Below, in pieces: positions 1 to 12,220 of a DNA stretch of 39,944 bases. The translations under genes and the position numbers were made by a program. This stretch comes from Octopus bimaculoides. Lineage: Eukaryota. The DNA is taken from NCBI RefSeq assembly GCF_001194135.2, contig NC_069003.1, positions 29,349,675 to 29,389,618 on the forward strand. The letters run 5' to 3'. Below the pieces are notes generated by a model that made no database searches, had not been told where the DNA came from, and was given only the letters and a program-made list of their open reading frames with translations. Each line of letters starts with the position of its first letter. Position 1 is the stretch's first letter.

Positions 1-189
1 TATGGACCTCTCATTAATTCGTATGGAGCTCTTATTAATTCGTATGGAGCTCTTATTAATTCGTATGGAGCTCTCATTAATTCGTATGGAGCTCTTAATA
101 TTTCGCATGGAGCTCTCATTAATTCGTATGGAGCTCTCATTAATTCGTATGGAGCTCTCATTAATTCGTATGGAGCTCTCATTAATTCG
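1..189. repeat. 21-bp minisatellite, 9 copies of TATGGAGCTCT(C/T)ATTAATTCG (probably continues left of the window)
   Basis: Units start at 1, 22, 43, 64, 85, 106, 127, 148 and 169 with only point variants and no spacers. Confidence 0.97.
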
Positions 190-190
190 C

Positions 191-367
191 AGCAGGCGTA
201 TGAGTGGCTGAGTGGTAAGTAGCGTGCTTACGAACCACATGGTTCCGGGTTGAGTTTCACCGCGTGGCACCTTGGGCAAGTGTCTTCTACTATAGCCTCG
301 GGCCGACCAAAGCTTTGTGAGTGGATTTGGTAGACGGAAACTGAAAGAATCCCGTCGTATATATATG

Positions 368-403
<36 letters not shown>

Positions 404-444
404 NNNNNNNNNNGAAACTGAAAGAATCCCGTCGTATATATATG

Positions 445-497
<53 letters not shown>

Positions 498-591
498 GTG
501 TGTGTGTGGGTGTGCGTGTGTATGTTTGTGTGTCTGTGTTTGTCCCCCCCCCAACATCGCTTGACAACCGATGCTGGTGTGTTTAGGTCCC
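191..591 (+). mobile_element. tRNA-derived SINE, family A, with internal (TA)n/(TG)n microsatellite; 3' truncated
   Basis: Pol III A box TGGCTGAGTGG at 205-215 and B-box-like GGTTGAGTTTC at 248-258, followed by CCTTGGGCAAGTGTCTTCTACTATAGCC. The post-microsatellite part (524-591) matches 39759-39820 in this window. Resembles an abundant octopus SINE (recall). Confidence 0.85.
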
Positions 592-3499
592 CAGTGGCAT
601 GTGTCACTCATTCTTACACAGGTGTTGTATACCTTAACATCACGTGAGCCAGTAAGTCCATGTCTAAAATGTTCGAGTGTGTTTAGTGCTAATTCGGGGA
701 AGCTGTGGACAAGCCCTGCAAAGTTGTTGTGGGTAACACGCTTGAATAAACTGTGAATAAGTCGGCAGTTGTCAGAAGGAGAGCATAAGTGTATATTTTC
801 TTATAATAACTTCTAATCTTCAGGTTTACAGGAAGGTATGTATGTCCACTATTACGGTTCTTTCTATCATGAGATATAAAAAAAAGAAAGAATGATAGAG
901 AGAAGGGGAGACGTGCAACGAGAGAAAGAGAGAAGGACAGCCAGACACGATGAGAGGGAGAGAGAGAGAATGACAGAGAAAGAAAGGATCGATACAATTT
1001 TCTTTTAATGACAAAACAGCGTATCTTTCGTTGGATACAGTATTTCGAATAAGACATATATAATTGTTACATTTCTTATAAATGTATGTAAGTAATATGT
1101 GCTTGTATCTACATTTCATGTCCTATTTTCTTGAGTAGTTTTTCTAAGTGGCTTGCAAATAATTTTCTAATAGTGACAGGCTTAGATCAATATTATTGTT
1201 TCTGCTTTCAGTTTAGATCGTGATTCATGTCTTTCATAATTTTTCTGGAAGGAAGAATCTAATGTGAAATTATTAACTGCATTTCCTGTGCATTTTCACT
1301 GCTTGACCTAACTATCAAAAGCAACGCAGTACATCTGAAGTTGCTTCTCTCTCATGTTTGAGCCACTATGAACGGTTCTTTCATAACGGATCAGATTATC
1401 ATCTTTTCATAAAATTGGTATAGATCTTGAATCTATTTTAATTTCAAGAATGATTTCTCATAAATGTTACAAGAGCGAAGGTGTAGTCCCATATACTGAC
1501 ATACTATGTAGCTGTTATACTTCATATAAGTGTATATGGGCGCATGTGACAAAAATAACACGAGTTCATTTATGTATGCTCTGTGAAACCGAAAATAAGT
1601 GGAGACAGATATATGAGAAATTTAATATTGTATACGCTTCTTTTTGTGTCCATGAGTATATACGCTTCTGTGTGTGCATGAGCAGAACACTTAAAAAATA
1701 ATGAGATAGCAAATCTCGTGCAAAATTTAAATCCGGTTAAACAGAATTCCATAAATGGTACCCTTAATTTCTGTAGTGAAATATTCATGAATATTTAATT
1801 GACCTGCCATTTGGAAATATAATTTCGATTTAAAATCAAATGTGGAAGCCGTTTTAAAACGAAACAGGCCCAAAATCAAAACAAAACGCAGATGTTTTCG
1901 ATTCTCCCAAAACACAAGCATATTAGCTTGAACATTCAAGGCATTTCAGATAAATCTAATTTCAACTTGGATCAAGTGTTCATTATAAAATAAAACATAG
2001 CTTTAACAAATCTAGCAAGAGAAATAATCTAAGCATTGCATGTTGATTATTAGAATACTGTGTATTTGGTATTTGTTTTTAAAAGATATTATACAAACAA
2101 AACTCTGACTGTGGTTTTCAAAAAGCCTAATTCATGTGGAATACCAGGTTGTTTCAAGACAAAATCGTTTGTAATTGCATTTTTAATTCAGTAGCCTGAA
2201 GAATGGCGTGTTATTGAATTTAGTGTTGGTGGATTAATATAGTTATACAGTTTCTTTGAGATATGTTGCATTCACCATTGTTTAAGGATTACTATTCAAT
2301 TGGAAATGCTAATAAAATGGCTTCCTAGATTGTAAAGATCTATTATTCTATTCTGCAAATGTGATAATGGTGTGATGTACCACAGAATTCAGTCAAGAAG
2401 AAGGGAATAAAAGCAAGGCTTAAAATATTTATTCAATCAAACCTTTGTTACACTGCAATATCAATTCATATATATNNNNNNNNNNNNNNNNNNNNNNNNN
2501 NNNNNNNNNNNNNNNNNNNNNNNNNNNNNNNNNNNNNNNNNNNNNNNNNNNNNNNNNNNNNNNNNNNNNNNNNNNNNNNNNNNNNNNNNNNNNNNNNNNN
2601 NNNNNNNNNNNNNNNNNNNNNNNNNNNNNNNNNNNNNNNNNNNNNNNNNNNNNNNNNNNNNNNNNNNNNNNNNNNNNNNNNNNNNNNNNNNNNNNNNNNN
2701 NNNNNNNNNNNNNNNNNNNNNNNNNNNNNNNNNNNNNNNNNNNNNNNNNNNNNTATATATATATATATATATATATATATTCCCAATTTATCTCAAAATT
2801 AAGGCAGACAAATTTTCTCAGTTTTGCCGAAGCAACATATTGACATATTCCTATATTTCAGCTACGAGCGTTGCAATGGTAAATGAAACATAATTATGAC
2901 GCTACCCCATTTATTCAATATAAACAAATCTGTTTAGAATCACCCCTTTAAGTATCGGTGCGAATACTTCACAAGCGGCACACACATGTTCGTTGGGAAT
3001 CAGCGAGGTGTTTTTGTTGTTTTTTTAATCATTTTTGATACCTGTGAGTTAAATTGTGAGTTAAATTGTTATATACTTGCTGAAAGTTTCTCGTAAGGGT
3101 GAACATACGTGTTGAATATCATTGTTAAACTGTTGAATTGTTGTTGCTGATTTTGTGTGTGAAATTACAACTGTTTTCTTCCCCATTCATGGGTGAATTA
3201 GGCAAGAAGCAGAGGATGGAGTGCGAACCAGTTCCAGCCGGCAGAATGTCTGCGTAATTTCAGGATTAATCTTGTTTTAATTTTTCAATAACAAATAACA
3301 TTTACAAGAATAACAGATCTGTTGTTCTTGGTTTAAGTTCCCACACATTTAAAATGCAACAAACATTACGCATTGAGAAGATACGATCGCGAAAATGAAA
3401 TGTAATCCGGCTACTTCCACAATCGACCAGAATCTCATTTGTGTGGGTTATGGAGATAGATTCATTTTGTAAGTCTCAGAATTTCTTTCCGTCAATGTT

Positions 3500-3501
<2 letters not shown>

Positions 3502-3567
<66 letters not shown>

Positions 3568-3620
3568 AAGAAAGATAGACAGATAGATACCAACACATAC
3601 ATATATACATATATAGATAG
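3502..3620. repeat. (GATA)n microsatellite grading into (TA)n
   Basis: Long AGAT run read directly, ending at an N-gap. Confidence 0.95.
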
Positions 3621-4576
3621 GNNNNNNNNNNNNNNNNNNNNNNNNNNNNNNNNNNNNNNNNNNNNNNNNNNNNNNNNNNNNNNNNNNNNNNNNNNNNNNN
3701 NNNNNNNNNNNNNNNNNNNNNNNNNNNNNNNNNNNNNNNNNNNNNNNNNNNNNNNNNNNNNNNNNNNNNNNNNNNNNNNNNNNNNNNNNNNNNNNNNNNN
3801 NNNNNNNNNNNNNNNNNNNNNNNNNNNNNNNNNNNNNNNNNNNNNNNNNNNNNNNNNNNNNNNNNNNNNNNNNNNNNNNNNNNNNNNNNNNNNNNNNNNN
3901 NNNNNNNNNNNNNNNNNNNNNNNNNNNNNNNNNNNNNNNNNNNNNNNNNNNNNNNNNNNNNNNNNNNNNNNNNNNNNNNNNNNNNNNNNNNNNNNNNNNN
4001 NNNNNNNNNNNNNNNNNNNNNNNNNNNNNNNNNNNNNNNNNNNNNNNNNNNNNNNNNNNNNNNNNNNNNNNNNNNNNNNNNNNNNNNNNNNNNNNNNNNN
4101 NNNNNNNNNNNNNNNNNNNNNNNNNNNNNNNNNNNNNNNNNNNNNNNNNNNNNNNNNNNNNNNNNNNNTATATATATATGCATGTACACACACATGCACA
4201 CACAGGTACACACACACACACACACACACACACTCACTCACATATATAAATAGAAAGAGACGAACTTTTCTTCAACCAGCAGTAACTGTTTTCTCTAAAT
4301 ATTTTCTCGTAAACTTTGACAAGCTTACGCGATTCATTTTAAAATATACAGAATGAATGACAGTCAAGTATTTAAAGTGACAGGAATGTTCGATTTCAAA
4401 GTTTCAAAGATTTTATCAATAGAACGTGAGTGAATCCTTGAAGATTTGCAAGTGTTTCCGCGTTCGATATTAGGTGCTACTATCTTTCTTATTATTGAAT
4501 AATAAAATTTTAGAAGAACTTTATCAATATTTCATTGAAATTGCAATCTTCAGAGGGATGTTAAAGTATAAATTAT

Positions 4577-4750
4577 TACACACACACACACACACACACA
4601 CATACTATGCATACTTATATGCATATACTTGTGCGTATGTATGCATTGACGTATGTGTCCACACACACACAGACACACACATATATATATATATGTATAT
4701 ATGTATATGGAAAGAGAAAGAGAGAGTGAGTGAGAGAGAGACAGAAAGAC

Positions 4751-4782
<32 letters not shown>

Positions 4783-4935
4783 GTATATATATATACACAC
4801 ACCGCACATACACTCACACACGCACACACTTATATATGTACACACGCGCACACACAAACACTTATATATATATACATGCATACATACATACATACATACA
4901 TACATGCATACATACATACATATACATCTATACTG
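4577..4935. repeat. Compound (CA)n/(TA)n/(GA)n/(TACA)n microsatellite block
   Basis: Direct reading; it accounts for the low-complexity ORFs here. Confidence 0.9.
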
Positions 4936-5545
4936 AAAGACATGTACACAATTATCTACTATATTTCTCTCTTTAATTTCTATATTTCCTTCTATCTACC
5001 TATTTATTTTTCTATTTACCTATCTATCTAACATCACTACAGATATCACAGTGATATATTATCTTTTTTCCAATGGAAAGAGGTCATGAAAAGATAATCT
5101 TTTTCTTTTACATGTTCCAGCCATTAGAGTGCGACCATATTGAATTACCACATTTCTAAAATTGTATTCGAACGAAATAATCCTACTGTTTGTAATTTTT
5201 TAGGCCTACTGCTCATTTTATCTGTCTCTCTTGCCGAAACTTCATATATATATATGTACACGCTAGAAACATACACATACACACTTGTATATATATCCGT
5301 CTATCTTTGTCTCTGATACATTCTATTTAAAACAACAATAATGATGATGATAATAAATCCAGACATATTTTTGAAAAATATCTTTCATTATTCCTCACCA
5401 GAACAGACCCCGCTTAGAGTAACAGCCTGGTCTGGTCATTTTTACCGCCCAAGAATCAACTTGTCATCATCTATTGAAGGAGTTGGCCAACTGTATAGAT
5501 ATAAACTTACATATAAGAGACAGATACATAGCGACAGGAATTGAA

Positions 5546-5615
5546 GTACTTATTTTTTAAAGTCCGGTACTTATTCTCTCGGTCCTCTATGTCGTGTCGC
5601 TAAGACACAGGGAAG
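5546..5615 (-). mobile_element. Decayed 3' fragment of SINE family A
   Basis: CGCTAAGACACAGGGAAGT resembles the reverse complement of 39811-39830 (ACGTCCCTGAAACTTAGCGG). Confidence 0.5.
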
Positions 5616-5820
5616 TACTTCACATGGTGAGAGATAAATATTATCTATTTAAAGAACACAATACATAACCTTCAGAGCGACTAATTTTTTGATATGTTGC
5701 GAAGTACCTTGAACACATTCATCAGGCACAAACCACATATCATAACGAACTTTAAAAAAATTGAATAAAAGAAGAATCACGAAAAAACTGGCAAGACAGC
5801 ATATAGAAAACGGTATTCTT

Positions 5821-5925
5821 TAATTCACTATCTACCGAAGCCACTCACAGGCGGCTTTTTATAGGCCCGGGGCTATAAAAAAACGACAACCCGTCAAGAT
5901 GTCCCTCGCAGCGGGAATTGTTTCG
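5821..5925 (-). mobile_element. Decayed 5' part of SINE family A
   Basis: TCTACCGAAGCCACTCACAGGCGGCTTTTTATAGGCCCGGGGCTATA...CAAGATGTCCCTCGC aligns to the reverse complement of 262-336. Confidence 0.6.
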
Positions 5926-6479
5926 GAACAAATTTCATACTGCAACGCCTTGGCAGAACCTTTGATACATATACATGTACATGTATGTATAACATATACT
6001 GGCGTAAATATATACGCCTATATGTAGACACACACAAACACACACAGACACACACGTGCACATGTCTATATGCATATTCATACATGCATACATGAATCAA
6101 ATATCAGTGCACAAACATGGAAAAGATATCCATGAAACGATGAAAATATACCTCCACCACAACACATAGACCTGTTAAGTCCGCTTTACTTCAAACTACA
6201 AGTGGCAGAATGGCTTTTGGTTGAATAACGAAGTTTGCACTTCAAAGCGAGGCATTATCTATTTATAAGTAACAGCTTCCAGTCTGGCAAAGCTATTAGG
6301 ATGCCAGCAAGACGTAAACTTATATGAAAACCTATTTCAAACTGTATGTCTTGAATATAAATTTATGTTCATTTAAATAACGACATACATTTACATACAT
6401 ACAATCATATAAAAGTATACCTGGGTGTGAGTGAATGTGCGTGTGTGTGTGTGTGTGCGTGTGAGCATCTTTATATAAA

Positions 6480-6510
<31 letters not shown>

Positions 6511-7291
6511 NNNNNNNNNNNNNNNNNNNNNNNNNNNNNNNNNNNNNNNNNNNNNNNNNNNNNNNNNNNNNNNNNNNNNNNNNNNNNNNNNNNNNNNNNN
6601 NNNNNNNNNNNNNNNNNNNNNNNNNNNNNNNNNNNNNNNNNNNNNNNNNNNNNNNNNNNNNNNNNNNNNNNNNNNNNNNNNNNNNNNNNNNNNNNNNNNN
6701 NNNNNNNNNNNNNNNNNNNNNNNNNNNNNNNNNNNNNNNNNNNNNNNNNNNNNNNNNNNNNNNNNNNNNNNNNNNNNNNNNNNNNNNNNNNNNNNNNNNN
6801 NNNNNNNNNNNNNNNNNNNNNNNNNNNNNNNNNNNNNNNNNNNNNNNNNNNNNNNNNNNNNNNNNNNNNNNNNNNNNNNNNNNNNNNNNNNNNNNNNNNN
6901 NNNNNNNNNNNNNNNNNNNNNNNNNNNNNNNNNNNNNNNNNNNNNNNNNNNNNNNNNNNNNNNNNNNNNNNNNNNNNNNNNNNNNNNNNNNNNNNNNNNN
7001 NNNNNNNNNNNNNNNNNNNNNNNNNNNNNNNNNNNNNNNNNNNNNNNNNNNNNNNNNNNNNNNNNNNNNNNNNNNNNNNNNNNNNNNNNNNNNNNNNNNN
7101 NNNNNNNNNNNNNNNNNNNNNNNNNNNNNNNNNNNNNNNNNNNNNNNNNNNNNNNNNNNNNNNNNNNNNNNNNNNNNNNNNNNNNNNATATATATATATA
7201 TATATATATAAATTCTGCTAGGCCGTGTGTATAACAACAAAAAATAGACCTCGATATTATTGAAATAGTTGTACATTTTATACATAATTGT

Positions 7292-7500
7292 GGTTTGATA
7301 TTTAAGCAGAAGGTTAGCAATTTCATGAGACAGACCAAGTTGATTACCTCAACCATTGTCAATGGGTACTTATTCTCCTTACCCCGAGAAGATAAACGGC
7401 AAAGTCGATCTAGACGCAATTTGAACTAAGAACGTAAAGACGGACGAAATACAGCTACGAATTTTACCAGCCGTGCTAAAGATACTACCAGCTCGCCTCC
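7292..7500 (-). mobile_element. tRNA-derived SINE, family B (diverged full-length copy)
   Basis: Aligns end to end with 16445-16657 (GGCAAAGTCGA...TTTGAACT...GAACGTAAAGACGGACGAAATAC...GTGCTAA...CCAGCTCGCC). Confidence 0.85.
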
Positions 7501-7676
7501 CTATTTAATATAGACTATTATAGAATCGTCACATACAGCACGGCACTCTGGTATTCTCTTGAAGCATTTTTGCTTAACACAAAAGCTGATAAACAGAGGT
7601 ACAACCGTTACTTGGAAATCGTTTAACTATAACCAAGTGGTTTGCAGGAAACTCAGAGTTATATAAGGATCTAAAG

Positions 7677-7743
7677 CAGTGGACCGTGAACCCCTGGTGG
7701 TTCACAAAGGTAGTACGGGGGTCCGTGAACTAAATTCAAAATT

Positions 7744-7778
<35 letters not shown>

Positions 7779-7864
7779 TCCGCATAAGGATAAGCATATT
7801 AAAAGGGATCCGTATGAAAACCCATTTAAATAAAAGATTTGGGAACCATTGTTAGGAACCAATG
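7677..7864. mobile_element. hAT (Charlie-like) MITE with internal (TA)n and duplicated right terminus
   Basis: Left end CAGTGG; right end TTTGGGAACCATTG-TTAGGAACCAATG; 8-bp TSD ATCTAAAG (7669-7676) / CTCTAAAG (7865-7872), 7/8 identical. Confidence 0.7.
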
Positions 7865-9344
7865 CTCTAAAGTGTTAATGCATCTGTAGACGTTGTAAAT
7901 TGAAAGCGCACATACATTTCTATTTATATGTGTTTCGCACAAATGTGCATGTGCGTGTGTTTGTGCACCTGTGCGTGTGTGCTTTCATGCGTAGATATAC
8001 CATCGCTAGTATTTGGTATATATTCCGTAGCTCCTTCTCCTTTATATAAAATACATTTATGGCTTGATTTCTTAGTCGATAATGATACATCTACGATCTC
8101 ACAGACATTAAAATTTTACACGTATATCGTCGTATCAGTACGAATATGAAGTAGTGTCTTTTAGATGTATTTTGCCATTATAATTGTAATAGGGTTGCAA
8201 TAAGAGTTTATAACGATAATAGCGTTATTCCGTGCTCGGAATGCAAGTTTACTCATTGAAATCTTTATCGCTGTATTTATAGCATTTCATCTAACATTTA
8301 GTGCATCATATTTTATTACCTCTCTTTTCGTTTATTCCTCTTAATTATTTAAGTATTTGTTGCTCACGTGTAAAAGTCTTCCGTACTGCTCTAGAAAAAT
8401 AAGCATTTTGCAATTCAATATTTCCCTTTACACATCTAAGCGTGGAGAACTACAGTCATGACGTCAATGTCCAGTGCTATCAGAGACTTCTTATTCACTT
8501 CTCGTCGACTATAATTGCAGTATGTGACAGCAACGTGTAGTCAACTGACGATCTTTGGTAGCCAGCCAGTTGAGGTAGCCTACAAATATATACATTTTAT
8601 CTGGTTGACATCAATTACTATTCCAACATTTGCAATTCTGTACCAGCACACCCTTGCGATGGCTTGCAAATTTGTGAAACTTGTCTACGTTGCATCTTGC
8701 ATGAAGCTGGGTAAATGTGAAATCAATTCTTCAAATATTCTGTACGTTAAACACTTGCTTTAGATTGGCAGAGTGTTTGTCTCTAGAACAGTTCACGATG
8801 GTGAAGATTGAGGGCTTCTGATAACTAGCAAAAAGGAAGAATGTACAAATTGAGATCGTGGAGTCGTTCATGAGAACCATCATCGTATATATATATATAC
8901 ATATACATATATACCTACATATATGTATATGCGTGTGTGCGTATATATAAATAAATATAAATTCATACATACATATATATATATATGTAGACATATATAT
9001 ATATNNNNNNNNNNNNNNNNNNNNNNNNNNNNNNNNNNNNNNNNNNNNNNNNNNNNNNNNNNNNNNNNNNNNNNNNNNNNNNNNNNNNNNNNNNNNNNNN
9101 NNNNNNNNNNNNNNNNNNNNNNNNNNNNNNNNNNNNNNNNNNNNNNNNNNNNNNNNNNNNNNNNNNNNNNNNNNNNNNNNNCAAATTGAGATCGTGGAGT
9201 CGTTCATGAGAACCATCATCGTATATATATATATACATAGTCTACACACATTCGTGTACGCATGCATAAACATGTATGTCTTTCCGTCTGTCGCTCTCTT
9301 ACTTTTAATCTCTCCTTCTTTCACTTCCTCCTCATTTCTCTGTC

Positions 9345-9352
9345 TCTGTCTG

Positions 9353-9412
<60 letters not shown>

Positions 9413-9440
9413 TGTGTGTGTGCCTCTCTGTCTCTCTCTC
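9345..9440. repeat. (CT)n microsatellite
   Basis: Direct reading. Confidence 0.95.
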
Positions 9441-9997
9441 TCATCTTGTCCCTTTCTGTAGTTTGTTTTTTTATCAACATTACTGTGTATTTTTCTGTAT
9501 ATATATCTCTTCATGGGTTTATATAGGTATACATATGTACGCGTGTGTATGTGTGTGTATGTTCGTGTGTCTGCTTCTTTCACTATATAATNNNNNNNNN
9601 NTAGGTATACATATGTACGCGTGTGTATGTGTGTGTATGTTCGTGTGTCTGCGTCTTTCACTATATAATTCCTCATAAAACCAAGTAATATCGTTCCCTG
9701 TTATTTTATGATGAATTCGTGTATTCTAACTGTGTAACCGAGACGAGAAAATGTAGAAGAGACTCGTGATGAAAACATGGTTTTATGACTTAGTATAAAA
9801 ATTCCAATTAATTATATTCACTGTCTGTTCTTGCAAAAATCAACGTAAGCAAACAGAAAGCAAACACAAAAAAACCCCACAAAACTTATCGCTCGCACTG
9901 ACCAACACATACACTTCGGTAATGTTTCGCTAGAAAGTAAAAAAGAATTATGACATACTATTTACAAAAATAAACAAGTAAATTAAGTAATACTATT

Positions 9998-10215
9998 GTC
10001 GTATGGTTAAGTGGTTAAGAAGCTAGACTCACGATCGTAAGATTTTGGCTTCAATCCTTCGACCGCTCAAAACACTTCCTTCCACGTTCCTGCTGTCCAC
10101 ACAGCTGGCAAGAATGAGTAACCCTGCAACGACCAGCGCCCACTTCGTTTGAAAGCATATACGCCACAGAAACCGGGAAATTGGCTCGATGAGTCTATAG
10201 GACCCAAGAAGGAGA
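9998..10215 (+). mobile_element. tRNA-derived SINE, family C (diverged)
   Basis: A box TGGTTAAGTGG at 10004-10014 and B-box-like GGCTTCAATCC at 10047-10057. The body GTCCACACAGCTGGCAAGAATGAGTA...GCCACAGAAACCGGGAAA resembles conserved central domains of metazoan SINE superfamilies (recall). Confidence 0.6.
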
Positions 10216-10539
10216 TCTTCCAGCGATATTATAGTACACAAACACACCCGTTCACACACTTACATATACATTGGGGCTCTGATTCCAAAGCTACCATTAT
10301 TGATATCACGACAGATTTATATGCCTTTTCGATATTCATTAATATAATGCGCAGCAAACGTGTATATTACAAGGACAGAAGTTAAAATCGCACGATAGGG
10401 TAGCTGGTATACCCTTTATAGATTTATATAACTACCTCAGCAATTTGACACAGTGCACGCAATGAAAGGTGTGGACCTTTTGAAGATAGACAATATAAAC
10501 AATTCCTTAGAGCAGATAAGTAGAGGTGTTTCCAGGACA

Positions 10540-10670
10540 TTGACTGTCTCTTAATCTCTGTGGAGTGATCAGCCATTTGCACGTTAATTTCACGAGTAGC
10601 TGTTCCATTGACCAGGTGAATTGGAATTCTAGACGTCGCTACTGACGGAGTACCACCTAAATTTCATAAT
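10540..10670 (-). mobile_element. Probable dispersed repeat (SINE-like, family D) fragment
   Basis: GCACGTTAATTTCACGAGTAGCTGTTCCATTGACC...GACGGAGTACCA matches an octopus interspersed repeat from memory only; no second copy in the window. Confidence 0.4.
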
Positions 10671-11789
10671 CTCTCGTTTCTTTCTTCCATTCATACATAA
10701 ACTACATGCATTACTGTACACATGCATAAACATACATGTTTGTCTTTTCGTCTGTCACTCTTTCACTTTGAATCTCTTATTCTTTCATTCTCTCCCTCTT
10801 TCTCTCTCTTTCCTTCTCTCTCTCTCTCTCTCTCTCTCTCACTTTTCATTGATATTTTATATTGGGTCCATTCAATTTCTCTTGACTTAGTTGAGAACGT
10901 ATTCTACATAAATATTTGAAACAATGCCTCTCTTTATCTAAAGCTTTAAAAACATGTTTCATTAAATCTTGTTTTAATAAGATATGCTACAATATAATTT
11001 CTGGTCTTACAAGGTATATGTTTATGGTGTTGCTTTTTCGAACATAAAAGTTTCTTCTTCCAGTTATTCTTTTCTCAACAAGTTGCATCTTTCAGCTGCG
11101 CTATCAAATAAACATACAAACTATGAAATAATCTAGTGCAACCGTTTTTCTTGTCCAAACTACGTGTAAATCATTTTCAAACCAGAAATAGTTGAATTTA
11201 GTTGGTTTTGTTTTATTTTCAACTCCATAACTGCCTTTCGAATGTAATAAGTGGCCAAGCAAACTTTTCCATATTTTCCGAGAGTAATGGAAAGTCGCCA
11301 TTTGTCTGATACATATAAACATCCCTTTGCCTTTCACAACCCATTAAGAGTATGAAAATATAAAGAACCGCAGCAGAAGCTTTTTCTTTGTTCTAAAATG
11401 CAATCGCGGAGCTATTGGATTAATATTTAAACAACTTGAATTCCAATAATACTGCTGATATCTTTCTATCTAAATCGTAGATGTGGTCGTTTAATTCAGA
11501 TTGAACGAATGGTTTTGGTTTCATATGGCCTTTTGTCATTCAGTAGTTTAAATATTAGTAACATCCATATAACTTTCATCTAATATCAATCTCTCAGATA
11601 CATAAATAAAAGATCAGGATATGCAACAGAATGAAGTGTACTGACTGTGATGAAAGACGTTTTCGTAATCATATTTTTTTTGTCATTTTTATTTGGATCT
11701 ATCTCCAATTAACACTTCATTAACAAGCCAACGTTCAGCTATGAGTTAAATGGAATGTCATTGAAGGAAGTCTATGCACAAAACCATCT

Positions 11790-12220
11790 GACCTCAAAGT
11801 CGGTCTTTTCTATGATGTGATCAGCTTGGTGCGCTTTTGACCAGGTATCAGAAGATGTACCCACGGACCACAAGCATTTGGCATGTCAAGTTCATCAATG
11901 TAAAGAATATTCTCAACTCTCACCCGGATTATGCATTTAGCACTGGCTATTTGATATACAGCCAATCGCCTGTCTCCTGTCAGCATTTCGTGAATACGAT
12001 CGATGTTTTCCTCGGTGGTGCAATTTCAGTTCGACCAAAACTTGGGTCTTCTTCAAAACTTAACCATTGCTTCCGAAACTCACTTGCCCACATTTGAACT
12101 GTTGCTAAACCTGGGCCTCATCCTCTAATGTAGCAACCATGTCATCATGAATGTCTTTGGAGCCTAAACCCATTTTTCTGGAGGTACTTGATAACAACAG
12201 GATGTCAGAATTTGAACACT
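11790..12220 (-). mobile_element. mariner transposase N-terminal (HTH) fragment, pseudogenised
   Basis: Frameshift-corrected translation VIKYLQK-GLGSKDIHDDMVATLEDEA-GLATVQMWASEFRK..SFEEDPSFGR..TEENIDRIHEMLTGDRRL..QIA..RVENIL..PWVHLLIPGQKRTKL, with a degenerate WVP(H/R)xL motif. Confidence 0.9.

Noticed and set aside
1-189. CRISPR array, or a coding repeat (ORF 2-211, LIRMELS repeats)
   Set aside because: Units are contiguous with no spacers, there are no cas genes and the context is eukaryotic; the ORF is simply the 21-bp unit translated.
337-480. 67-bp direct duplication (337-403 / 414-480)
   Set aside because: Copies flank a 10-N placeholder gap, typical of overlapping contig ends not merged by the scaffolder.
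5690-5735. Hammerhead-like CCTGATGAA on the minus strand
   Set aside because: No paired stem II and GCAAC instead of GAAAC.
8846-9239. Duplication of CAAATTGAGATCGTGGAGTC... (8846 / 9182)
   Set aside because: Spans an N-gap and ends in a microsatellite; most likely an assembly or haplotype artefact, although a real tandem duplication cannot be excluded without reads.
9524-9669. 68-bp duplication (9524-9591 / 9602-9669)
   Set aside because: Flanks a 10-N gap and differs at one base (T9575 versus G9653), consistent with two alleles assembled side by side.
11104-11337. 77-aa minus-strand ORF (…KFNYFWFENDLHVVWTRK…)
   Set aside because: Protein-like by eye, but no family recognised and splice signals are weak.
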